From Cyanidioschyzon merolae (taxonomy: Eukaryota), in NCBI GenBank assembly GCA_000091205.1, contig AP006495.2: a DNA stretch of 64,000 bases. One strand, 5' to 3'. The notes under the pieces were generated by a model that was not told the DNA's origin, did no database searches, and saw only the letters and a list, made by a program, of their open reading frames with translations. Positions 1 through 10,668 of this stretch are shown here, piece by piece; within the stretch, counting starts at the first letter, position 1, and every line of letters starts with the position of its first letter. The translations under genes were made by a program, and so were the position numbers.

Positions 1-1494
1 CCCCCCATTCCCCCCTCATTTCCCTCCTTTTTTCTCTCCGGTGGTATGATCTCTGCGCAAAGCATGTATCATTTCGATTTTTTTATTTCGGAGCCTTTAG
101 TGTATTCCATTCAGTCCCACGTTCGCTGCGCATACGAATCTCCATTTTGTGACGCCTAGAGCAGCATGCGCTTTATGGTATTCTCTCCGATGTTATGCTT
201 ATTTTGTTTGACAGGACGTTTCCACTCTCCATATTTTCCGTGTTTTCGGAATGATATTCGCTTTTTGGGAATGTGTCCGTCATGATTATCCTTTTTTTGT
301 ACTTTCTATCGCCAATACTTTCCCTCGGCTGTGCTGGTTGGTTCATAATTTCTGTTTTCCGGGGGTGCCTGCCGTGAGTCGTCTCTGTTGCGCCACTTTA
401 CCTGGTGTGGGTGCTGTTGGAGAAGAGAACAGCTTTTGCTTACCACTGAGCTCTTTGGGACAGGCTTGGTTTGTTTGACACCCAATCTGTGCTCTTTATA
501 TTTTGCGAGCCGCCAAGCTGTGCATGCACACCTTTAGCTCGCAATAGTGCGGAGCTGTATAATGGGTGTCCCCCGCGACCTAGTTGTCGCCCAGACGCTG
601 CAGGCTTGGTCCTAGTCCTAAAATCAAATGCGTTGCGACGATATGCTGAGGTTCGACCCATCACTCGCCACTGGAATGTCACACGTAAGACACGCCGGTG
701 GTTTTTCGCGGCCCGCGGACCTTCCGCCTAAACGGTATCTGTTTGACAATACGCAAAATCTTCCTGCTCTTATTGTCTACCGTAGTTGGGGATAGTATTT
801 TTTATCACGTTGTTAGAGATTGTTCTTTTTTTCGATATCGTTCGTCGCGGTTACGCACCACGAAATCTGGCCGTCCCTTCAAACGACGTGTGTTTTGTCG
901 AAGGAAAGAACCGCGATAATGACGTCTTCTGGAGCTACTGCTCTATTGGGGCAAGTTGTACTTCCGATCAAATCGGGGAATAATAAATTTTTGGCTTCAA
1001 TCGAGTCTCAGTCCTCATGTAGGATTATTTATGTTACTTTCGCCTCTGAAAGTAGAAGCGTCGAAAGTGTTATCGCCCAAAAAACTAGATTATTGTAATT
1101 GGAAGTGGAGAGTTTTAGATTGCCGATGTTGCCGTGTGTTTGAAGCAAACGAGAAAGAATGCCTTGTAATGGGTAAAAGGTAAAGAGGAAGATGCAATAC
1201 ATGGAAGCCTTTTCGAAGGCTGCCATATTGATATCTGTACGACAAGATTGTGGTAGCGTACTATCTTCTCCAACATATCGGTGGTTTGTACGACTGAATG
1301 TGGCCAGACGCTATCAGAAACATTGTCGATTCGTACACCAGGTATGTTTGGAACCTTTCTTGGGGACTGAAGCACTTGGAGTGTGAGCTGCATCGCGACG
1401 TATCGCGCATCGCAAAAGTTTTGTTTCTGGAAAATTTTTAAAAGTATTTTCATCAACCACCTGATTCTTTGCTATGCGGAACCATCGATGAGAA

Positions 1495-3124
1495 ATGCAC
1501 ATGTGCATGTCTTTCTCAAAAATGTACGCCAAATACCCCGTCAACGGTACTGGACACAGGGGTGACGCAGATAGTTACGAATACAGGGCAGTGAGGTACC
1601 TCACGAATGTGAGGAACCATAATATCGTTAACCCCGATTGTTGCGTAATACGCGCCGTCTTTGCGCTGTACCCCGGCCTGCTTCGCGAAAGGGTTTCGGC
1701 AATCATCCATTGTATCAAGAATAATCCCCAGTATGAACAAGAGATCAGATTCGTCGACGACAGGACATCACGCAGGAAAAAAAATGGGCTTCTATTACGC
1801 GCGCAAGTATTCCAAAACATCGTTCGGTCTTGGGGCATGTCAACCCAAGAGAAAAAAACTCAGATATTAGAACAGACTAAGAGATATGATACCTTTTTAT
1901 CCTACCCTCGTTCATATTTTTGGACCGAGAACTCGAAGGGAAGGGCGAAATGGAGCTGAGAGTGGATAAAATGAAGAGTTAGAGAAATGACATTCAATCC
2001 CTCCACCATATGCGCTTCAATGTCGTTTGGTTATGCAAGTTCATTTCACATTTTGTGAATATCGACCCTAGAGTCCTTTACGTATTCATGAATGAGATCA
2101 GTCCAGAGCTCGATGAAAGCAACAAAGAGGTAACCGGCGAAATCCGGGACACCTACTGGAAGAATAATTTCGATTTTAATCGTCCCAAACGGGGCAAAAA
2201 AAATGTTTTCACGGGGACATTCGGTTACGATGGGGTATACTTATGTGTACATTATCAGCGATTGCGGGTTCTTCGTCCTATCCCGTCTTCGGTAATGCGC
2301 TTTCCGAAGCACGAACACAAGAAGACAGGCGATGGAACGTATAATCCCCTCGGAAACCAGTTTCGTGTCGGCCTGAAACTCTCGAACACGAATATCATAA
2401 CCTTCGCTGTACCCAAGCGTGCGGAAGATGGCATTGATGGCAACTTACGCGAAAAAGACACGCGTCTGTTATAGCCCTCAAGAGCGAGATACTACCGAGA
2501 AACGGTAACCAAGGTTGCGAAAAAAATTTAGAAGTGGAACGAAGTAATTAAAGAGGACCTTGAAGCCTTGAGCGAAGTGACGAGCCGCAGAGCGGACTTT
2601 GAAGCTTTTCGGGAGTTTATGGAAGTTCGTGCTCGTCATTGGGATGCACTGCGGGGGGAGTATACCAAGCCCTGGTGGGCTCGTCTGCGTATGAATCTGT
2701 ATATTAGTAAGCAGCGGGCGGTCGCGAATTTTTTCAATCAGTTGAGCGCCCTCAAATAGGATGAAAGTCAGATGCTCGTAGTAGCGTATGGGGCAGGGCG
2801 ATGGAAGACCCAAAAACGGACTACGTCAGCGCCAACGACGAGAACGTACAAGGAGCGCGCACGGCTTTTCGCTACGATACCTGTAGATGTGTTCCGAAAG
2901 TCCTATACACAACATAATCTGGGTTGTGCACTTCAGAGGGTCCAAATGAAGAGTGCCAGCGGAGCCGTAAGGAAATAGCAAAGTACGGACCGCTCACGGA
3001 AGAGCAAATGGAATGGAGAGCGAAAGTGCGAGGGCTACTCGCATTAGTAAGCACAGCCTGTGATGGCAAGAAACGTATGGAGTTCGTGGACCGAGACTCT
3101 AACGCCGCTGTCAATATAACGTAA
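1495..3124 (+). pseudogene. Decayed TnpB/Fanzor-like (OMEGA-type) RuvC nuclease gene, split over at least three frames by stops and frameshifts
   Basis: Pieces in successive ORFs keep TnpB order and spacing. N-terminal 'YEYRAVRY...CCVIRAVFAL' resembles the TnpB start (YKYRxYP...GCCRFVYN). 'TGTFGYDGVYLCV' fits RuvC-I GxDxG. 'ISKQRAVANFFNQLS' resembles the helical linker. 'YKERARLFATIPVDVFRKSYT' resembles the YKAxxxGxxVxxVxPxYTSQ block. The C-terminus ends 'CDGKKRMEFVDRDSNAAVNIT', an exact DRDxNAAxNI RuvC-III motif. Total span ~520 codons, which is Fanzor size. It lies inside the AT-rich block 1-3300. Confidence 0.5.
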
Positions 3125-3379
3125 TGTGCGGTGCTGGAGAAAAGACCTCCAGAGCTGACAAGAGACAACTTTATTGGACAACCTCCCAAAAAGGAACCAT
3201 ATGAGAAAAAAATTGAAGCAGTAGTAGATGGCCGGTCCAAAAAGACGGGGACGCGTCTTCTCATCAGTTGGAGACGTTTTGTCTAGGGCAGGTCACTCGC
3301 CACTACTGTACACTGCTGCCGGCAGCAACGTTTTTCTTTTGAAAGGCGTTTGTTCTTGGCGCTGTGCGGCCGACCAGTT

Positions 3380-4786
3380 TTACTTCGCCCCCAGTTGCTT
3401 TAGGGCATCCTGTGTGAGGCGCTGTTTCCCATTCAATATCGCCTGTCGTGTTTCAGGCGGCAATCGTTGCACATCTTCCATTGATTTCCGTAAGAGCCGT
3501 ATCATGAGCATGATTTCTTGAGCTCTGCGGGCCTTTGGAAACAAGTCCGCTACAACAGACTCCAGCCACAGTGAAGTTTTCGCCGCTGCATCAGTTTGTG
3601 GTGATTGTCGGTTTTTCGCCTTCGAGACGATGTTTTCCGCAATGCGGACGGCATGGTTCACCCATAGATCCTCGGTCTTGTAGCGATCCATCTTGAAAAC
3701 AGATTCGGGTAGATATCGATTCTTAAACACGAGGAACTTGCCGAGCTGCCGCCGCCTTTGCCGCCGCACATCAGCCTCCAGTCTAGAGTGGAGTCCTTCC
3801 TCATACATCCGAACTTTCTCGACTGCGGCCGGACCCTCACGCTCCAGCAAACTCGAAGCGACGCGTGCTTGCTCCTCTCGAACAGAGGGTGGCAACAGCG
3901 AAACACTCAACTGCGGCGGTCGAATCTCCAGCAGACGCGACGCTCGCGCCATCCGACGTGGCGACACATCCATTGCTTCAGACTCTGAGTCTGCAACCTG
4001 CCTTTTGGTCCGCGGCGCGCGCCTCGCAGACTCCCTAGCATCTGAAACGGCCTCTAACAGACGGCTCTTTCGCTGCCGCCATGGACGCCGCACTTGTGTG
4101 GACGACTCGTCCAGATCCACGGACACTGCACTGGTGTCAGTAGCACTTCGTGCGGTCGAGCGCACTTTCTCAGCAACTTCAGCGAGACCGAGCAGCGATC
4201 GGGATACTCTCCTCTGGAGTGCGCCAGCCCCTTTGGCCGTGTACAACGCAGCATGGGAGGGTTCCGTCCGTGTCGTGTCGCGCCCCGTACCATTCAGAGG
4301 TAACCCAGTTTCTTTCGCAGTCGGTTGTGCGCGTTCACGCTGCTGCTGTTCAAGACCCGCAAGCAGGGTGCTGCGTCCAGCTCTTCGACGCGGCTCTCGT
4401 TCTTCAGACTGACTCCCCTGGCCGGTACCCGTAGAGCCTACACTTGCATCATCTGCGAAACCGCGACTCCGCAGACGCACCCATAGCGCGACACGTTGAG
4501 TCTTCGCGAGGGCACCGCGCAGGCCCAGACCCATGTCTACCGCACCCAGAAAGCGAGTTGGCAGCACCATGCCTCGTATGGCAGTGTAGGCACTGCGCGC
4601 CACTACCCCGGCGGAGACGTTAATCCCGTTGGTTTCGATAGTTGGTTTCGTCGGGACAGACTGTATAGCGCTAACAACGCGTTGAAAACAGAACAACGTC
4701 TGCGCTGCATACGAGTAGGGTGATTCTTGTATAAAGCGGACGCAGGGCACACCACGCGCTCGCGCTACGCCTGCGCTACAGTGCAT
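3380..4786 (-). CDS. Hypothetical Arg/Ser-rich protein, 468 aa, family not recognised
   Basis: Long uninterrupted ORF on the minus strand. The overlapping plus-strand ORF 3693..4412 looks like a GC artefact. The start lies 140 bp from the divergent EF-1 gamma gene. Confidence 0.35.
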   Translation of the reverse strand: MHCSAGVARARGVPCVRFIQESPYSYAAQTLFCFQRVVSAIQSVPTKPTIETNGINVSAGVVARSAYTAIRGMVLPTRFLGAVDMGLGLRGALAKTQRVALWVRLRSRGFADDASVGSTGTGQGSQSEEREPRRRAGRSTLLAGLEQQQRERAQPTAKETGLPLNGTGRDTTRTEPSHAALYTAKGAGALQRRVSRSLLGLAEVAEKVRSTARSATDTSAVSVDLDESSTQVRRPWRQRKSRLLEAVSDARESARRAPRTKRQVADSESEAMDVSPRRMARASRLLEIRPPQLSVSLLPPSVREEQARVASSLLEREGPAAVEKVRMYEEGLHSRLEADVRRQRRRQLGKFLVFKNRYLPESVFKMDRYKTEDLWVNHAVRIAENIVSKAKNRQSPQTDAAAKTSLWLESVVADLFPKARRAQEIMLMIRLLRKSMEDVQRLPPETRQAILNGKQRLTQDALKQLGAK

Positions 4787-4925
4787 TAGGGTAATTCATT
4801 ACCAAAAAGGACGTCAGCCACACGTCGCGCACGCCCCGCACCTGCGCCATGCCCCGTCTATACTACCGCGCTTGCTTTTGCACACTAGGGCACGGTGCGC
4901 GACTTGAAGTAACACCACCTTCGAA

Positions 4926-6206
4926 ATGAAACTTTATACATATCCGAACAATCCACGGGCATACAAAGCGTTGATCGCTGCGCAGTACTGCGGTGCTGAG
5001 GTCCAAGTACCTCCAGACTTCAAGTTTCTGGAAGATAACCGAAAGCCAGAGTTCCTGCGCCTTAACCCTTTCGGCCAAGTCCCGCTTCTAGATCTGGGCG
5101 ACGGCAAAGCAGTGTTCGAGTCAAATGCGATAGCGCGCTATATTCTTGAGTCTAGTAATCGTCAGGATATGCTGGGAGGTGACGATGCAGTTCAGCGGGC
5201 GCAGGTGGCTGCCTTTGGTGACGTCGCGCTTGGGCGGATCGACCCGCTGGGTCGGCCACTGGTGTACCCGACAATCTTCCCTGCATTCTTCAAGCCGGAC
5301 AAGACACGATTTGAAGAAGCGCTGGAGCAATTCCGTGCCGTTATCGGCGGGTTTGAGCGCCACCTCACAGACCACACGTTTCTCGTAGGGGAGCGTATCA
5401 CACTCGCGGATATCACCGTCAGCATGTCCCTCTTCTGGTTTTTCGAATACCTTTTGGATCCCGAACTTCTCATGGAATATCGAGCACTCAAGCGCTGGTT
5501 CTACACGTGTATCGGCCAACCAGAGTTTGTCAAAGTGATCGGCTCAGATTTCAAGCCCTGCCTGAAGCGCCCGGACCATCTGAAAATGGCGACCAGCACG
5601 AATGCAGACCTTGGAGGCCATGCGGGAAACCAAGGGCATGAGTCCAGCGATCATGCTGCTGAGGTCACTGAGGATGACCAAACGGCTCGAAAGCCTAAGA
5701 ATGCATTCGACCTTCTACCCAAATCCTCCTTCAATCTTGAAGCAGCGAAGCGGCTTTACTCCAACGCAGACAACACTCGGGAAGTAATGAACCAGATCTG
5801 GGATACGATGTTTGACCCGAGTGGCTACTCGGTCTGGGTTGTGCGATACCGCTACAACCATGAGCTCAGCAAGACCTTCATGTCTGCGAATCTGCTGAAC
5901 GGCTGGTTCCAGCGAATGGATCACCTTCGCAAGTACCTGTTTGGCTCAATGATTGTATTCGGTACGAGTGGGGAACCCGGATCTTGTGCAATTGGAGGGG
6001 CATTCATTGTACGAGGCACCGGAGATTCGTTACCAGAACCTCTAACCGAAGTCGAGGACACGGACCTGTACACGTGGACGAAAGCGGATGTCTTCGGCAA
6101 GGATCGCGATCTTGTTAATGATTTGTTTGCCTGGGAGGGCAAGTTCGAGGGCATGGGACCTGATTACGATGGCAAGCCTGTTGCAACTGGAAAGAACTTC
6201 AAGTAA
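4926..6206 (+). CDS. EF1G: Translation elongation factor 1-gamma (GST-like N-terminal domain plus EF1G C-terminal domain)
   Basis: 426-aa intronless ORF. The N-terminus has a GST fold. The C-terminus carries EF1G hallmarks ('KNAFDLLPKSSFNLEAAKRLYSN...WVVRYRYNHELSKTFMSANLLNGWFQRMDHLRKYLFGSMIVFG'). Confidence 0.9.
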   Translation: MKLYTYPNNPRAYKALIAAQYCGAEVQVPPDFKFLEDNRKPEFLRLNPFGQVPLLDLGDGKAVFESNAIARYILESSNRQDMLGGDDAVQRAQVAAFGDVALGRIDPLGRPLVYPTIFPAFFKPDKTRFEEALEQFRAVIGGFERHLTDHTFLVGERITLADITVSMSLFWFFEYLLDPELLMEYRALKRWFYTCIGQPEFVKVIGSDFKPCLKRPDHLKMATSTNADLGGHAGNQGHESSDHAAEVTEDDQTARKPKNAFDLLPKSSFNLEAAKRLYSNADNTREVMNQIWDTMFDPSGYSVWVVRYRYNHELSKTFMSANLLNGWFQRMDHLRKYLFGSMIVFGTSGEPGSCAIGGAFIVRGTGDSLPEPLTEVEDTDLYTWTKADVFGKDRDLVNDLFAWEGKFEGMGPDYDGKPVATGKNFK

Positions 6207-6746
6207 ATGTGCATATTTGGTTGTGCAATGTCCGCAAAAGCTTCTTGCCTGATGTCCACGTGTGCACATGCTTCGCGTTCGCTGCTCATAGATGCAGAGG
6301 GCTTTCGCCATGGACGCGCCTCTGACAGATATCCTTGGTCATCAGTATGTCGGGAAAGCGCTACCCGTGAAGCAAAAGCCGCACAGCACCATGCGCCGCA
6401 CACAACGCATCGACTTACAGACTATATGCTCGAAGTGCTCAGCACTGCCGCGCCATGCGCTCTATCATAGCATATCGATGCATGGAACGAATCACGCGAG
6501 TCCAATAGCGCTGTACAAACGGCAACACCGGCTAACGGAACGAGTTGCCGTTCTGTATCGAACGCAGCCGCGCAGATGTACAGGCAGCAGTCGACGGCGG
6601 ATACACGCAGCGCGGTTGTTACCTCGGCGTTTGCAACCCCTGGGTGCCGGTAGAAACGGAGGAAGCTGCTGCGTCGTGTTGGATCCCAGAAACCTGGGTG
6701 TTGGGGCTCGTGGGAAGCCTAGAGCTGTTGGCCCTGACTGACACGG

Positions 6747-8582
6747 GTGGTGGTGCTGTTCGAGGGCTCGAAACGGGTCTGGAGCGTTCCGCGTTCTGTT
6801 TGCGTAGAGTACTGCGCCTGCGAAGCAACAGTGCTACAGCAGCGTGCAGTGAGTCGGCTCCCCATGGCACCGCGTCAAAGTCTCGTTAGCAGATATGAAG
6901 CAATGCTCTGGGTGTTTATCGTGCTGAACGCTATACTGGTGCCGTACAACTCGGCGGAAGAGGCGCCATATGTCCAGATCCTACACGACAGCATTTATGA
7001 AGGCGATCGTTTCAGCACCAGCTGCGTGCACTGGAGAACCTGGTTGACCGGCCGCGAAAGCCTCAGAGACTGGTGCACTGTGTTTATGGAGACACTGGGC
7101 TGCGTGCCTGCCAGAGTTGTGGGCTGCCTGTGGCGTGCACGGAACTGGGCTCTGCAGCGTCCAATACCTTCGTTTTTCTTTCGTTTGCTGGGTTCATGGA
7201 TCGAACCAAAGTTACCCTGCCTCATCCTCGTACGCTGCATCATCGGCAGCATATCATGGATGTCGCTGGTACTTGGCCAGCGCGCCCTCTCCAACGACGA
7301 GGCTCGCACGTACAGTATGGAACTGCTCTGTGTTCAGTTCTCGGTAATCCTGGGTGCCAGTCGAATTTCGCCTGTGAGCCTCAGCATCGTCGTGTTCAGC
7401 TCCGTTCAAGCTCTGATCCTAAAGGGATATGCGAAGGCAGGTTTAGCGGTGTTGAGCTTTGTAGGCACAGCCTCGCTGATACAGACGGGCTTTCTGCAGG
7501 TTTGGTTCATACTAGCAGACCTAACCGGCTCTGCTGGTGGAAAAACTTTTCTCCTGGGCTTGCTTTCTCGATGTTCTGCACTGCTGATTGGAAGTCTCCT
7601 GGCATTTGGCATGTTGGGTACGACAATGATTCCTGCAATGCGCGGCGGATTCCTGCTTCAATATGAACCAGGTACCCTGCAAAGAATTCTGACGCATGCT
7701 CCGACCCGTGTGATGCTCCAGTACCTTACTGCACACAGCAAAGCGTTCATCTCTCGACTCGCTTTGGTAATCATAGCTTACGTGTTACTAGTCAAGCGCG
7801 CTCCATTCAAGGCGGGCACCGCCGGGAGAATGGCATTTCCCGCGCTCGCGTACATTGCATGCACTGCTTCGCCGTCGACGGTATTCCACTCGGCAGTTCC
7901 GGTGACTCCTCTCATTTGCGCTGCAGCTGCTACTATTCTAGGTCGTTTACATGATTTTGGCTTAACCGCCATTGAGTCACAGAAACTCCAGGAGGCAGCT
8001 ACAGCACTCAATGAGCTAGACTTGCGACCATACAGGCGGGTGATGAAAGAAGCAGAGCGCAAACGGCGCGTTCGCCGCCTGCTGCGGTTTTGTCGTCTGC
8101 TACTCGTTGGCGGGGCTATCATCCTTCAGGCCTTATTTTTGACTGTTTCCGTTTGGAATTCGCCAGGCGCAGAGGCGATGCGAGCTCTTCACCGTGCGTA
8201 TCTCTTGCCCGGCGACCCGCCGCGGGGCGCCGCTTGTCCGGATCCATACGTTCACATTGATGCGGCCTCGATCCAAACAGGCGCCTCTACGTTCCTTGAA
8301 GTACCCGCCTGGAAGTACGCCTGGGAATCCGAACCGCGTGAGGGCGCCTCTAAGAGTCTGGTGTTGACACATCTAGTCACGGAGCAAGTGACTGTCGCTG
8401 GTTTCGAACGCGTTTATGCCTCCCGTACCTTTGCTGGTCTAACCAGGTTCTACCCTTTTCTGAGATTCCAGGAGAGGATCTTTGTTCATCGGCGTCTATC
8501 TGGGTATGCAGGTGCAAATGATGGGCTCGAGCAGCACTTGCCACTGCCTGGCTGCTGGCCAGCGAGACTGCCTTGGAACTAG
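6747..8582 (+). CDS. Hypothetical polytopic membrane protein, 611 aa (many hydrophobic segments; true start may be the internal Met near 6864)
   Basis: Long ORF with more than 8 predicted transmembrane helices. No recognisable catalytic motif. Confidence 0.4.
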   Translation: MVVLFEGSKRVWSVPRSVCVEYCACEATVLQQRAVSRLPMAPRQSLVSRYEAMLWVFIVLNAILVPYNSAEEAPYVQILHDSIYEGDRFSTSCVHWRTWLTGRESLRDWCTVFMETLGCVPARVVGCLWRARNWALQRPIPSFFFRLLGSWIEPKLPCLILVRCIIGSISWMSLVLGQRALSNDEARTYSMELLCVQFSVILGASRISPVSLSIVVFSSVQALILKGYAKAGLAVLSFVGTASLIQTGFLQVWFILADLTGSAGGKTFLLGLLSRCSALLIGSLLAFGMLGTTMIPAMRGGFLLQYEPGTLQRILTHAPTRVMLQYLTAHSKAFISRLALVIIAYVLLVKRAPFKAGTAGRMAFPALAYIACTASPSTVFHSAVPVTPLICAAAATILGRLHDFGLTAIESQKLQEAATALNELDLRPYRRVMKEAERKRRVRRLLRFCRLLLVGGAIILQALFLTVSVWNSPGAEAMRALHRAYLLPGDPPRGAACPDPYVHIDAASIQTGASTFLEVPAWKYAWESEPREGASKSLVLTHLVTEQVTVAGFERVYASRTFAGLTRFYPFLRFQERIFVHRRLSGYAGANDGLEQHLPLPGCWPARLPWN

Positions 8583-9663
8583 CCGCTGGCGACTGATCGC
8601 TGCTTGATGATTCCAGAGGATCCTGGAAACGAACGCATTCTGTGCGGTTGTGAACGACTCCCTGAGAGCGACACAGCAGCGATTCTCCAGAGTATGCGCG
8701 TCACGAGCAGATGAAAATGAGCGCTATGAACTCGCATTGTATATGGGGCAGGAACCTCAGACAATGCAGGCATCGTCGTGTCTTCAGTATCTTTGCCGAC
8801 GATATCTGCCGCGGCAACCGTTTGTCCGAGGGTATTACTGTGCGAGGTGAGCGCGTTCGCCTCACATGTCGAAACGCTCGATGGTTAATATTCTCATGTT
8901 GGAACGAGGGTTTAATTGTAGGACAGCGGTCACCACGTTGCTCCAAACTGCCTTAGAATGTCAAGTACTGCAACACTGAGGCGCTACATGCTTTGCAGAT
9001 TAGAATGCGACACAGAACGGCACACTCTGCTGCACCGTTTCGATTTCTTACAGGCCTTTTTTCTGATGCACATCCTTGGCATTCGAACAGCCGCAGTAAA
9101 GATTCAATGATTTTTACGTTGGTTTCGTGCTCTCAGCTAACTTTCCGGAACGGCGCTGAAGATATTGCCACTGGAATTCGCCCTACCACGGGAATCAAGA
9201 TTACTCGCTGCGCGCTCAAAAAGCGGTTCGAAATATAATCGACATCATCATCCACTGCATACCTTCAAGCCTCATTTCCACCTCTTTCCTGAAATCTAGC
9301 ATGCCAAAATTATGCAATTTGCAAGATTTCAGTCTTTCTGTTCCAAGGCGGCTCGTTGTCGGATCGATGCGCTTTGCTTGGTTGATGAGAAAGCAAAAAT
9401 TCGAGGTCGCTGCTCGGCGACTTGTTCACACGCCTATCTCTAGAATTCGTTGATCGCCGCACGTCGGATATTTGGACCGCGCGAATGCTAAGCCAATTGC
9501 TCTTCGTGGGTATCAGTGAAACAGCGTTCTAGACTCGCACCGTGCCCTTCAGGGTATACGATCCCAGTTGCTCCCGCATCTTCATTTTCCGCGACGTGTG
9601 TGTTTGGCTTCGAATCCTACCATTGTAGCGAACGGTTAGCGGCGACTAGTTGTCGCCGCTCTG

Positions 9664-9900
9664 CACGAGCGGAGCGGAGAAGAATCGTTATTTCTGGATT
9701 CCTTCTTCATGCTGGATTTTCCTTCCGGAATTATTTTCATCATGAACAGTATCGCGTTCCACAAATCCTCTATCGAATTTAATTGCGTGCTCTTGAGCTT
9801 ACAGTGAACAAAGTACTCACCAACTAAATTGCCTAGGAGAATCTCAAGATCACAGAGTAAGCCATCCGCACGGAAACGGAAGAGCGCCTCGAAGTGAACC
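9664..9900 (+). repeat. Dispersed repeat, copy A (~230 bp), paired with copy B at 43490-43700
   Basis: A 65-bp core 'ggattttccttccggaattattttcatcatgaacagtatcgcgttccacaaatcctctatcgaat' matches 'ggattttcctcccggtacttatttcatcatgcaaaacatcgccttccacaattcttttatcgaat' at 43533-43598 at ~85% identity. Flanks are also alignable on both sides ('gagcggagaagaatcg' vs 'gagcgtagacgaattg'; 'gcacggaaacggaag' vs 'gacacggaagcggag'). Confidence 0.55.
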
Positions 9901-10668
9901 AGCTATGAACGACAATGACGTGCACCGTGCAAGAAACTATGTATCCAGACGCCACAGTGCAGCTCCCGAAGGAGGAGGTTTCTTGGGCTTTGAGAGCAGC
10001 TGACCCCAGTCAATTGTCACAGCTGCGATGGATGCACAGAAGCCGTATACGAAGAATCTTCTTAGATCGCATCTTCCGCCTTCACATGAAATGCGACGTT
10101 AATAGCAGTGAGCAGCGTAATCGACACTTGAACGCCGCCAAAAACCTCCTTCGACTAGTGGCTGCAAAGCCGAAGTGAAACGAGAGACCAGCGTTTCTAA
10201 AGTCGGAGATCGGAGCGTAGAAGACCGAGGAGTCGTTGAAAAAAACCTATAATAACTGATGTTCACGATATTGGAAAGAGACCCAAATTTTCGTATGAAC
10301 GCGCGAGATTGTGTTTTGCACCCGTCCCACATCAATCTCACATGAGTCTGGGCAAGTGGTACCGGTAGGCGACGTGGCGCATTCAAACGGCCGACTCGCT
10401 TCACGTGCTGGCTCTAGCGTTGAGCCTGCTGTGCTTGCCCTGCTCCAAACGCTAGTGCACGATAAACCAAAGAGGTAAACTTTACAAGACATTGGATACG
10501 TCGCAAAAAATAATACCATGGGCACTCAGCAGCACAGCTGTTGTAAGTCTGGAGTTCGAGATACTGCGAAGCGAGCCGCAGGGTGCTTTGCAGGTTCTCG
10601 CTCTCCCCGAACGGCCGCTGTGTGTCGCTTTCGTTGCACGCCCAGGTCATGTGCCGATCGCGCTTATA

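Noticed and set aside
655-690. tRNA-like T-loop 'GGTTCGACCC' (and 'GGCTTCGAATCC' at 9609-9620)
   Set aside because: I could not build a cloverleaf: no complementary T-stem or acceptor stem in the flanks. No tRNA gene could be supported by eye anywhere in the window. A tRNAscan run would be needed.
9516-9782. Possible conserved coding exon inside the dispersed repeat (both copies translate to '...DFP(S/P)G..FIM..IAFH.S.IE')
   Set aside because: The opposite strand is equally 'conserved' ('FD(K/R)..VE.D..HDE...GRKI'), and substitutions are not biased to synonymous sites. The similarity is at nucleotide level, and neither frame has a proper start.
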